Part shown: in pieces, positions 8,746-18,062 of the stretch
How the letters are laid out: every line of letters begins with the position of its first letter
Numbering within the stretch: position 1 is the first letter of the stretch
Origin: an uncultured Fluviicola sp.
GTDB lineage: Bacteria; Bacteroidota; Bacteroidia; Flavobacteriales_D; Crocinitomicaceae
DNA: 64,000 nt
NCBI GenBank assembly: GCA_964580465.1
Contig: CAZOKJ010000001.1
Coordinates: 118,149-182,148 of the forward strand
Reading direction: 5' to 3'
Notes under the pieces: model-generated
Seen by the model: the letters and a program-made list of their open reading frames with translations, nothing else
What the model was told of the DNA's origin: nothing
Databases searched by the model: none
Translations under genes and position numbers: made by a program

Positions 8746-11700
8746 TTATCGCCCCCCTTGTGGAATTGGACGTTTAATCGGAGTTGTTTTAGGTGTTTCA
8801 ATTGTCTTTTCAGGTGTTTCAATTGTCTTTTCTGAAGTTCCATCTTTGACGTTGATTTCATTTCCACCTATAACTTGAGGTTTTCTAACTGGACGAACAA
8901 TTTGAGTACCTTTAGGAGTTTCTCCTTTGTTGCCTGTAGAAGATTCTTGACAAGCTCCTCTCACTGCTCCTTGTTTTTCATAATTTGGCCACTCAATAGG
9001 ATTGATGGTTCTTGTTTCGTATTCACCTCTACTGTTTTTCACACAAATTAACATCCCTTTTGTGTTGTTTGGCAAGGCGTTACTAGAACTATTTTGCTCT
9101 TGCGTAGCTTCTTTGCTTACACATGCTCCTAATGTTGCACCATATTTTTGATAGTCAGCCCATTGAGATTGTTTAATGGTGATTGTGTTGAATGTTCCAT
9201 TTTGACCAGGCATACAGATGATGATGTCTTGGTCAACCACTTCCGGACAAGCTCCAAGCGTAGCTCCCATTTTACGGTAATCTTGCCATTGCGATTGCTT
9301 AATGGTTTTTGTTTGTTGAACGCCATTAATAGTTACACAAATCACTAAATCAGGATCGTTCATAGGGCATTCACCCAACGTAGCGCCTTGTTGTTGATAA
9401 GCAGGCCATTCAGATTCTTTAATTGTTCTGGTCTCTTTGTATCTTCCGACAGGAACGCAAATTACGATGTCGTTGTCAACCACTTCTGGACAAGCGCCTA
9501 AAGAAGCACCTCTTTGTTTAAATGCAGGCCATTGTGATTCTTTGATAGTCATTGTTTGTCCGTTAAGGCAAATAACAATGTCGTTGTCAACTGCTTCAGG
9601 ACAAGCTCCCATTTTAGCCCCCATTTTTTCATAATCAGCCCATTGAGATTGCTTGATAGTTAACGTAACATTCTTTAAACACACTTGAATGTCCTCATCT
9701 ACAATTTCTCTACAAGGACCTTCAGTTGCTCCAGCACGTTTGTATGCTTCCCAATCAGCATATTTTATTGTCAATGTTTGACGAACACCGTTCACAACGT
9801 GACAAATTGTTAATTCTGGTTCAATGACAACAGGTTTTGTCGTTTTAACTGAACAAGTTTGAGAAACAGAACCAGCGATATTGCTTGCAGAAACTTCTAA
9901 CGTAACAGTTTTTGAGAATCCTGCTCTAATTTCTGTTGTGAAATTAAATCCAGTTGCTGTTTTTGTATAGGTTACATCTGTATGTACAATTCCATTGATT
10001 TTGATGATAATCTGAGAACTTTCAGTAACACCAGTAACAGTTCCAGTAAATTTAACCATTCCAGGCATCACGTCAACATTGCACGGAGAAGTAATTATGA
10101 TAACAGGTTTGTTAACAGTCACAACAGGAGCACCTTTGTAATAGATGTTTGTTGAGGCAATTGTTTGGCCACAGTTATTCACAGCGACTAATTGAATATC
10201 ATTATTTCCTTGCTGCAATTTGATAGCTTTACTATATACTTTAGTGCTTGAATTGTAGCTTCCAGCAGATTGAACAACTCCATTTACTTTTACAACAACA
10301 TCACTTGCATTTGTTATGCCAATCACAGTTGCTGACAAGTTGAAGTTGTCATTTGAAACAGTAATGTTGCTCGCAGGATTAATCCATGTAATAACAGGTT
10401 TTTCACATGGTGGATTGTAAGTAACCGTTGCACTTGCACTCGCATAACCACATTCGTTGTTTACAGAAATTTCAATTGTGTTGCCACCATTTGCTAATTG
10501 AATTGTAGAAGTAAATAATCCTGTTTGGACATTGTAATTGAAATTGGTTATTCTGTTTCCGTTTACTTTAAAAATAATATTCTGCGGATTTGTCACATTT
10601 GTGATGTTTCCTTGAACAGTGTATGAAGAAACAGTACTAGTAGCTCTTGAACCAGAAGGATTTGTAATGGTTGCTGAAGGATCAATACATGGTGTTCCAA
10701 CTTCATAATTAATCGTTTGGTCAACTGTTCCACAACCATTTGTAACTTGTATGTAGATAGCATTTTTACCAGTTCTCAATGTTAACGTTTTCTTGAAAAG
10801 CTGATTGCTAGCTGTATAGGTTCCTTTGCTTTGCAACTGACCATTCACATATACTGCAACTTGATTTGCGTCAGTAATATTCAATATACGAGCTTCTAAC
10901 GAAACGGTGTTGCTTGTTCCATAAATAGTTGTTGGATTCAAAATCGTCATTAATGGACTTGGACACGTTCTGTTGTATAAGAATTGAACAGATTGCGTGT
11001 GAGAACCACAATTATTTGTCGCAATAATTTGCAACGTATTATTTCCCTCTTGAAGCGTAATGCTTCCAGATACAGTGCCAGAAGCTCTATTAAAAGTATA
11101 ATTGTTAATGATAGCACCATTTAGATATACTTGAATCGTTCCATTTCCGATGTTTGAAATAGTTGCACTAAAGAACTGTTTAGAATCAGTCGTGCTCAAT
11201 GAGCCTGATCTTGGAAGTGTAAAGTTTACAACAGGGAATTCACAAGCCGGTTCATAGTTGACATAAATTGTCTTGCTATCGCTACCACAAGCATTAGAAG
11301 TATAAATAACAATTGTATTAATACCTTGTTGCAACTGATAATCACCTCTAAACTCACCTCTACTTGTGATTTGCAAGTTACCTGCTTTTACACCATTGAT
11401 GGTTGCATAAGTGGCGCTGTAATCACTATTCAACAATGAACCTGTTACTTGGTAATAAGGTTGATTGACAGTAGTGTTTTGAGGACTTGTCAAGTAAATA
11501 GTTGGAGCGATACATTTTGTGTACGTAATTTGCACACGTTGTGAAACAGATCCACAATCATTGCTTGCAATTAAGTCGATATTATTTAAACCTTCTTTTA
11601 GCATGACAGAACTACCTAAAATGCCAGTAGATTGATTGTAGCTATAAGAAGTTGTTTGAACACCATTTACGCTCATTTGTATTCTGCCATTCCCTAAGTT

Positions 11701-12675
11701 AGCAATTTGTGCTTGATAATTTATCATAGCATTATTTGAAGTGCTACTTGTAGAAGCAGGTTGAATGATTGCAACGCTAGGCTTGATACAATTGGGTGTA
11801 GAAGGTAATGTTGGATTTGTTGGGTTTTGCGTTGTAGGAGGAGGTGTAGTTTCTGTATGCTCTACATGTTTTCTTCTTGGTAAATAAATTTTCAAGTACA
11901 AGCTACTGTAATGATAAATATCTTTTTTGAAAATACCAGAATTACCTTTTACGCCATCAAAAAGGTCTGTGCCAGAAAAACTAGTTTTATGTTCAAAACC
12001 AAGCGCAACACTCGGAGTAACAAAATACCCAATTCCGAAGCCCAAATGCCCCATGAATCGAGCATTCCAACGATTGAGGCTTCCATCAAGGGCACTTTCA
12101 TAATCGTTGTTTAAAAGCGATTTTAATTCTGATTTAGTATAACTTTTTGTTGGGTCGTAACCATACATTAATTCATTATCACCAAGCAAGTTTGCACGAG
12201 AACGATATCCTGTTAAGCCCAAGCCACCAAAGATATATGGATCCCAACCAGTTCGCTCAGTTAAACGGTTAAGATGTATAGACAATTCCAAATTCAACTC
12301 ATGGGCTTTTGTTTGAAAATTATTGTAGGTAAAGCCTAAAGAATCCTTGTAATTAGTTGGTGCTGTACTTAAAGCTAAATCGGTGTATGAAGTTAAATCA
12401 CTTTTTTTTGTGTCTAATCCTCTCCAAGCTCCACCTAAATATCTTAGTCTTAAATCAAAACTAACGGGAGAAGCAATGTGCTTGTTGAATGATCTACCAA
12501 GCATTAAACCCCATCCGTAATAAGTTTGATTTTTAACATCCGTTGTTTGCCAAGTGGCTCCAACATTTGCTCCGATAAACCAAGGTGAATATCGGTCGTA
12601 ATTTAACCTCTGTGAGTGGGTGTACTGAATAATCACAGTGAGAAAAATGGCTAATAATGTACTAATTTTGCGCAT
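8746..12675 (-). CDS. Giant mosaic envelope protein: signal peptide, small OMP-type beta-barrel, 7 Ig-like modules, 7 two-Cys mini-repeats, basic tail
   Basis: The ORF track gives 8746..12729. The ATG at 12675 starts a proper signal peptide (MRKISTLLAIFLTVIIQYTHSQ). Barrel-like alternating aromatic/Gly strands run to ...YLKIYLP. A Pro/Thr linker (TETTPPPTTQNPTNPTLPSTPN) follows, then the repeats listed as separate features. Confidence 0.85.
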   Translation of the reverse strand: MRKISTLLAIFLTVIIQYTHSQRLNYDRYSPWFIGANVGATWQTTDVKNQTYYGWGLMLGRSFNKHIASPVSFDLRLRYLGGAWRGLDTKKSDLTSYTDLALSTAPTNYKDSLGFTYNNFQTKAHELNLELSIHLNRLTERTGWDPYIFGGLGLTGYRSRANLLGDNELMYGYDPTKSYTKSELKSLLNNDYESALDGSLNRWNARFMGHLGFGIGYFVTPSVALGFEHKTSFSGTDLFDGVKGNSGIFKKDIYHYSSLYLKIYLPRRKHVEHTETTPPPTTQNPTNPTLPSTPNCIKPSVAIIQPASTSSTSNNAMINYQAQIANLGNGRIQMSVNGVQTTSYSYNQSTGILGSSVMLKEGLNNIDLIASNDCGSVSQRVQITYTKCIAPTIYLTSPQNTTVNQPYYQVTGSLLNSDYSATYATINGVKAGNLQITSRGEFRGDYQLQQGINTIVIYTSNACGSDSKTIYVNYEPACEFPVVNFTLPRSGSLSTTDSKQFFSATISNIGNGTIQVYLNGAIINNYTFNRASGTVSGSITLQEGNNTLQIIATNNCGSHTQSVQFLYNRTCPSPLMTILNPTTIYGTSNTVSLEARILNITDANQVAVYVNGQLQSKGTYTASNQLFKKTLTLRTGKNAIYIQVTNGCGTVDQTINYEVGTPCIDPSATITNPSGSRATSTVSSYTVQGNITNVTNPQNIIFKVNGNRITNFNYNVQTGLFTSTIQLANGGNTIEISVNNECGYASASATVTYNPPCEKPVITWINPASNITVSNDNFNLSATVIGITNASDVVVKVNGVVQSAGSYNSSTKVYSKAIKLQQGNNDIQLVAVNNCGQTIASTNIYYKGAPVVTVNKPVIIITSPCNVDVMPGMVKFTGTVTGVTESSQIIIKINGIVHTDVTYTKTATGFNFTTEIRAGFSKTVTLEVSASNIAGSVSQTCSVKTTKPVVIEPELTICHVVNGVRQTLTIKYADWEAYKRAGATEGPCREIVDEDIQVCLKNVTLTIKQSQWADYEKMGAKMGACPEAVDNDIVICLNGQTMTIKESQWPAFKQRGASLGACPEVVDNDIVICVPVGRYKETRTIKESEWPAYQQQGATLGECPMNDPDLVICVTINGVQQTKTIKQSQWQDYRKMGATLGACPEVVDQDIIICMPGQNGTFNTITIKQSQWADYQKYGATLGACVSKEATQEQNSSSNALPNNTKGMLICVKNSRGEYETRTINPIEWPNYEKQGAVRGACQESSTGNKGETPKGTQIVRPVRKPQVIGGNEINVKDGTSEKTIETPEKTIETPKTTPIKRPIPQGGR
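8792..8833 (-). repeat. Tandem 21-bp duplication inside the 3' end of the giant gene (encodes EKTIETP twice)
   Basis: ggtgtttcaattgtcttttca (8792..8812) is followed directly by ggtgtttcaattgtcttttct (8813..8833), matching at 20 of 21 positions. Confidence 0.9.
8950..9807 (-). repeat. Seven in-frame copies of a 37-55 aa two-Cys repeat (I-C ... T-x-T-I-K-x-S-x-W-x-x-Y-x-x-x-G-A-x-x-G-x-C)
   Basis: The repeat is visible in protein and in DNA. The DNA core cattgagattg(c/t)tt(a/g)at(a/g)gt recurs near 9160, 9290, 9410, 9530 and 9650. Confidence 0.85.
9810..11790 (-). repeat. Seven tandem ~92-aa Ig-like modules, each bracketed by Cys (C-x-x-P ... N-x-C-G)
   Basis: Examples are CIKPSV...LIASNDCGS, CIAPTI...YTSNACGS, CEFPVV...IATNNCGS, CPSPLM...QVTNGCGT, CIDPSA...SVNNECGY and CEKPVI...VAVNNCGQ. 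The seventh copy is degenerate (CNVDVM...SQTC). Confidence 0.75.
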
Positions 12676-12883
12676 AAGTTCTAAATATATGTAGTTATTA
12701 TTTAGGTGTTCTAACATAAATTGTGCCAAAGTTCACAAAAAAATATAAATTTTCAAAATTAAACATTTATTTAATTGATAATCAGATGATTGTGTTTTTT
12801 GTTTAATTAGTTAGTTTTAGGATTGTGAAAGCTAAAAAAACAAAAAGTTAAGAAGTCAAAGTGATTTATTTTTGTGTGTCAAA

Positions 12884-12914
12884 TTGTCAGTTTAAATTAT
12901 GTATTTGTCAGTTT
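12884..12914 (+). promoter_or_regulatory. Direct repeat TTGTCAGTTT x2 with 21-bp phasing upstream of groES
   Basis: Exact 10-mers at 12884..12893 and 12905..12914, 76-106 bp upstream of the groES ATG. Their function is unknown. Confidence 0.35.
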
Positions 12915-12989
12915 TTAGTGTTTGGCATGGGTTTTGTGCTAGGAGAGGAAACGAAATTTTAATACTAACAATTAAAAAATAAGTACTTT

Positions 12990-14926
<1,937 letters not shown>

Positions 14927-15029
14927 TCCATTTTTAGCAGTTTTTATAAAGAGTCAACTATTGTTGGCTCTTTTCTCGCTTTGTTTTTCCCGATTTTATC
15001 GGATAGAATAAAGTGTCTATATATAGAGA

Positions 15030-15064
15030 AGAGGGCGTCTTTTATAAGATGTCCTCTTTTTTTG
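15030..15064 (+). terminator. Intrinsic terminator downstream of groEL
   Basis: agagggcgtc / gatgtcctct forms a 10-bp stem (two G:U) with an 8-nt loop, followed by a T7 run. A weaker hairpin lies about 14950..14975. Confidence 0.75.
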
Positions 15065-15085
15065 AAAAAAAAATAGCATAAATAG

Positions 15086-15114
15086 TTGTATAAATAAAAA
15101 AATCATTATCTTTG
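15086..15114 (+). promoter_or_regulatory. Bacteroidota-type promoter for tRNA-Leu (-7 box TATCTTTG)
   Basis: TAnnTTTG matches exactly at 15107..15114. An upstream TTG at 15086..15088 gives an 18-nt spacer. Confidence 0.55.
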
Positions 15115-15176
15115 CAGTCCCAAAACAAGCTTGGGTGTAAGTTAAAAAGATAACTTACAGTTGAAATACAGCAATT

Positions 15177-15258
15177 GCGGATGTGGTGAAATTGGTAGAC
15201 ACGCTAGACTTAGGATCTAGTGCCGTGAGGTGTGCGGGTTCGAGTCCCTCCATCCGCA
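15177..15258 (+). tRNA. tRNA-Leu (anticodon UAG), type II with long variable arm
   Basis: Acceptor stem GCGGATG/CATCCGC plus discriminator A. D-arm GTGAAATTGGTAGACAC. Anticodon loop CTTAGGA. Variable arm GCCGTGAGGTGT. T-arm GCGGGTTCGAGTCCCTC. No encoded CCA. Confidence 0.95.
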
Positions 15259-15273
15259 CTATTTAAGAAAATG

Positions 15274-15306
15274 AATGGTGTAAGCTGTGTCTTATGCCAT
15301 TTTTTG
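15274..15306 (+). terminator. Hairpin plus T-run between tRNA-Leu and tig
   Basis: aatggtgtaag / cttatgccatt forms an 11-bp stem (two G:U) with a 6-nt loop, followed by TTTTT. It ends 20 nt before the tig ATG. Confidence 0.6.
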
Positions 15307-15325
15307 TTTAATAAAATCAAGAGTG

Positions 15326-16678
15326 ATGAAAGTAGTTCGCGAAGACATTGATGCATTAAATGCGGTATTAAAAGTTGAAGTTGCTCCTTCAGATTACGAA
15401 TCAAACGTAAACAAAGAGTTAGAGCGTTATAGAAAAACAGCAAAAATTCCTGGATTCCGTCCTGGAAATGTTCCTGCTTCTTTAGTGAAAAAACAATATG
15501 GTAAAGCTGTTTTAGCTGATGAATTAAACAAGCTTGTGAACAATTCTTTGTATGAGTACATCCAAGAAAATAAAATTAGTATTTTAGGTAACCCAATTCC
15601 TAAAGAAGGTTCTGATGTAAAAGGTGATTTCGATAATCCTTCAACATTCGAATTTGAATACGAAATTGGATTGACTCCTGAAATTAAAATCAATCTTTCT
15701 TCAAAAGATAAATACGATTACAACAAAGTAAAAGTTGACGATGATTTAATTGGTAAACAAATTTCTGACTTACGTCGTCGTTATGGTAAATTGTCTTCTG
15801 TTGAAGAAACAAATGATACAGATATGATTTTAGGTCAATTTGTTGAATTGAATGAGGATGGTTCTATCAAAGAAGGTGGAATTATGCATTCATCAACAAT
15901 TTCTGTTGAGTTTGTAGAAGATAAAGCTACTAAAAAATCGTTGACAGGTATTAAAGTTGGTGACAAAGTTGTTGTAGATCCAGCTAAAGTGTCAAGAGGT
16001 GAAAACGATATGGCAGCTATGTTGGGTGTTAAACCAGCTCAGTTGAAAGATTTGTCTTCTAAATTCCAATTGAAAGTTAACGAAATCAAGCGCATTGAAT
16101 TAGCTGAATTGAACGAAGAATTGTTTGATAAGTTATTCGGTGAAGGTGTTGTTAAAACAGAAGCTGAATTAAAAGCAAGAATTGCTGAAGATTTGAGCGG
16201 TATGTTCGTCAACGATCAAGATCGTTTGTTTACAAAATTTGTTTACGAAGACTTGATGAAGAAAACAGAAGTAAATCTTCCAGATGCTTTCATGAAACGT
16301 TGGATTAAATTGTCAAATGAAAAACCTGTAACAGATGAAGAAATTGAAGCTGAATACGGTTCTTATGCTGAAGGTTTAAAATGGCAGTTGATTCAAGGTG
16401 AAATTTTCAAAGCAAATGAAATTAAATTAGACCAAGAAGAGGTGATCAACTTTACAAAAGGTTTAATTGTAAATAATTATGCTCAATATGGAATTCCTGC
16501 TCCAGAGGATGCTGAATTAACTAAAAACGCATTGGAAGTATTGAAAAACAAAGATGAGGTGAATCGTATTTACGATATGTTAGCTGAATCTAAGTTGATT
16601 ACTTACTTCAAAGAAACAGTGAAATTGAACGAGAAAGAAATTTCTTATGACGATTTCGTAGCATTAGCAAATGCTTAA
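15326..16678 (+). CDS. tig: Trigger factor
   Basis: The ORF track starts at 15287. MKVVREDIDALNAVLKVEV...IPGFRPGNVPASLVKKQYG aligns with the trigger factor N-terminus, so the start is placed at 15326. Confidence 0.93.
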   Translation: MKVVREDIDALNAVLKVEVAPSDYESNVNKELERYRKTAKIPGFRPGNVPASLVKKQYGKAVLADELNKLVNNSLYEYIQENKISILGNPIPKEGSDVKGDFDNPSTFEFEYEIGLTPEIKINLSSKDKYDYNKVKVDDDLIGKQISDLRRRYGKLSSVEETNDTDMILGQFVELNEDGSIKEGGIMHSSTISVEFVEDKATKKSLTGIKVGDKVVVDPAKVSRGENDMAAMLGVKPAQLKDLSSKFQLKVNEIKRIELAELNEELFDKLFGEGVVKTEAELKARIAEDLSGMFVNDQDRLFTKFVYEDLMKKTEVNLPDAFMKRWIKLSNEKPVTDEEIEAEYGSYAEGLKWQLIQGEIFKANEIKLDQEEVINFTKGLIVNNYAQYGIPAPEDAELTKNALEVLKNKDEVNRIYDMLAESKLITYFKETVKLNEKEISYDDFVALANA

Positions 16679-16726
16679 TAAACATGCAATAAATTACATT
16701 TATTGAATTGTTTTTGTAGAAGAATG

Positions 16727-16758
16727 AAAAACCCGAATGAAAGTTCGGGTTTTTTTTT
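16727..16758 (+). terminator. Intrinsic terminator after tig
   Basis: aaaaacccgaa / ttcgggttttt stem with a 6-nt loop and a T8 run. Confidence 0.85.
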
Positions 16759-16815
16759 ATAGCTTTACGCCTAGAAAATGTTATAGTTCCTAATTTTAGT
16801 TAAACAATTAAATGT

Positions 16816-17523
16816 ATGAAAAACAAATTAACTCTTCTTCTTTTTCTATTTAGTCTGAATACCCTACTAGCTCAAAAAGATTATTTGAAATTCAAACCTT
16901 ATCATCCTTACACGTGGATGGTCGGTGCAGGTTGGAGTTTTGTTGATAATGATGGGAGACCTTTTTCAGATTTTTTTGATTTGAAAAATGGTTATTCATT
17001 GCATCCATATCCTACTCAAGTACATGTCGATAGATACTTTAAATATGGTTTAAGCGTGGAACTTACAGGTTCTTTTAATCACTTTAAAGGGAATACAATT
17101 GTTAATGTTAAAAAGCCAAATCCTAGCGGCAATATTTGGTCAATCGATTTAGCTACTCGATATAGCATTTATCAATTTCTTTATAAGAAAGCCCCTTGGT
17201 TTGACCCTTATGTTGCTGTTGGTTTGGGATTCACTTCTATTAAAACGAGAGATAGTATTCAAGCTGGAATTCAAAATTATGCAACACTTAATGGAGGGAT
17301 AGGTGTGAATTTTTGGATTCGAAACTTTGGAATTCGTTTACAAGGTCTAATGAAGTTTGGAATAGTTGAAAATTTTTATCATAATAGCAGTAACTATGTT
17401 CATTACTCAGCAACATTAATGTACCGTTTTCAACAACCTGAACGTCGTGATAATTCCTTCAGCAAAGCCCAACACAAATGGACACGCAAAAAACCTGGTA
17501 AATACAAAGGGAGTTCAAGGTAA
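16816..17523 (+). CDS. Outer-membrane beta-barrel protein (OMP_b-brl-like)
   Basis: 235 aa with a signal peptide LLFLFSLNTLLAQ. Alternating aromatic/Gly strand pattern (WMVGAGWSF, YVAVGLGFTS, LNGGIGVNFW, YSATLMYRF). Confidence 0.6.
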   Translation: MKNKLTLLLFLFSLNTLLAQKDYLKFKPYHPYTWMVGAGWSFVDNDGRPFSDFFDLKNGYSLHPYPTQVHVDRYFKYGLSVELTGSFNHFKGNTIVNVKKPNPSGNIWSIDLATRYSIYQFLYKKAPWFDPYVAVGLGFTSIKTRDSIQAGIQNYATLNGGIGVNFWIRNFGIRLQGLMKFGIVENFYHNSSNYVHYSATLMYRFQQPERRDNSFSKAQHKWTRKKPGKYKGSSR

Positions 17524-17628
17524 AAGTTCATTTTTTTGTTAAAAATCGTTATAGGACTTCAACAATGTAACAAAAATTACACTTTTTATTCTAAAGGAAT
17601 CAGTATCTTTGAGCAGCTCGATTTTAGA

Positions 17629-18060
17629 ATGAATAAATTGTTTTTAATAATTAACTTGTTTGTCAGTGCTTTTGCTTTTTCTCAAAATGAAGTGAAGTGG
17701 GACGTTGCGTTTAATCGATCAACAAAAAACGTTGAATTGAAAGCGTCAATAGCTCCTGGTTGGCATCTTTATGCAACGGATATTGCTGATGGTGTAGGAC
17801 CTTTGCCAACTGTTATTTCTTTCTCTGAGAATAGCAATTTAATGCTGCTCCAAAGTTTAACTTATCCAAAACCAATTGTTTCTTTTGATCCTAACTTTGA
17901 GGCTGAAGTTGGATTTTATGAAAATGAAGTTGTTTTTCAACAAGGAGTTAAAGTGAAAAAAAATACAATTTTAAAAGGTGAAATTGAATTTATGGTGTGT
18001 AACGATGTAACTTGTTTGCCACCAGTAGTTGAACGATTTGAAATAAAAATGAAAAAATAG
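17629..18060 (+). CDS. Stand-alone DsbD N-terminal (alpha) domain protein
   Basis: The start is moved to MNKLFLIINLFVSAFAFSQ. GWHLYA and FMVCNDVTCLPP mirror KWHINA and [11 protein letters not shown] in the N-terminal domain of the adjacent DsbD. Confidence 0.6.
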   Translation: MNKLFLIINLFVSAFAFSQNEVKWDVAFNRSTKNVELKASIAPGWHLYATDIADGVGPLPTVISFSENSNLMLLQSLTYPKPIVSFDPNFEAEVGFYENEVVFQQGVKVKKNTILKGEIEFMVCNDVTCLPPVVERFEIKMKK

Positions 18061-18062
18061 TT

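Noticed and set aside
8950-11790. Regularly spaced DNA repeats that could be mistaken for a CRISPR-like or satellite array
   Set aside because: All repeats are in-frame parts of one long ORF with protein-level conservation (Ig-like modules and two-Cys repeats). The periods are about 110-290 bp, and there is no short identical repeat/spacer structure.
12676-12729. N-terminal extensions in ORF-track calls (12729 for the giant gene; also 15287 tig, 17536 DsbD-alpha, 21679, 22715 protease, 27366 aroK, 29569, 31678 ftsY, 61427)
   Set aside because: In each case an internal Met begins a proper signal peptide or the conserved family N-terminus. In several cases a promoter or terminator lies inside the extension.
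12921-12936. Sigma-54-like element TGGCAT-N5-TTGT upstream of groES
   Set aside because: The spacing fits TGGCAC-N5-TTGC, but the critical -12 GC dinucleotide is GT here. One near-match in AT-rich DNA is not enough to call an RpoN promoter.
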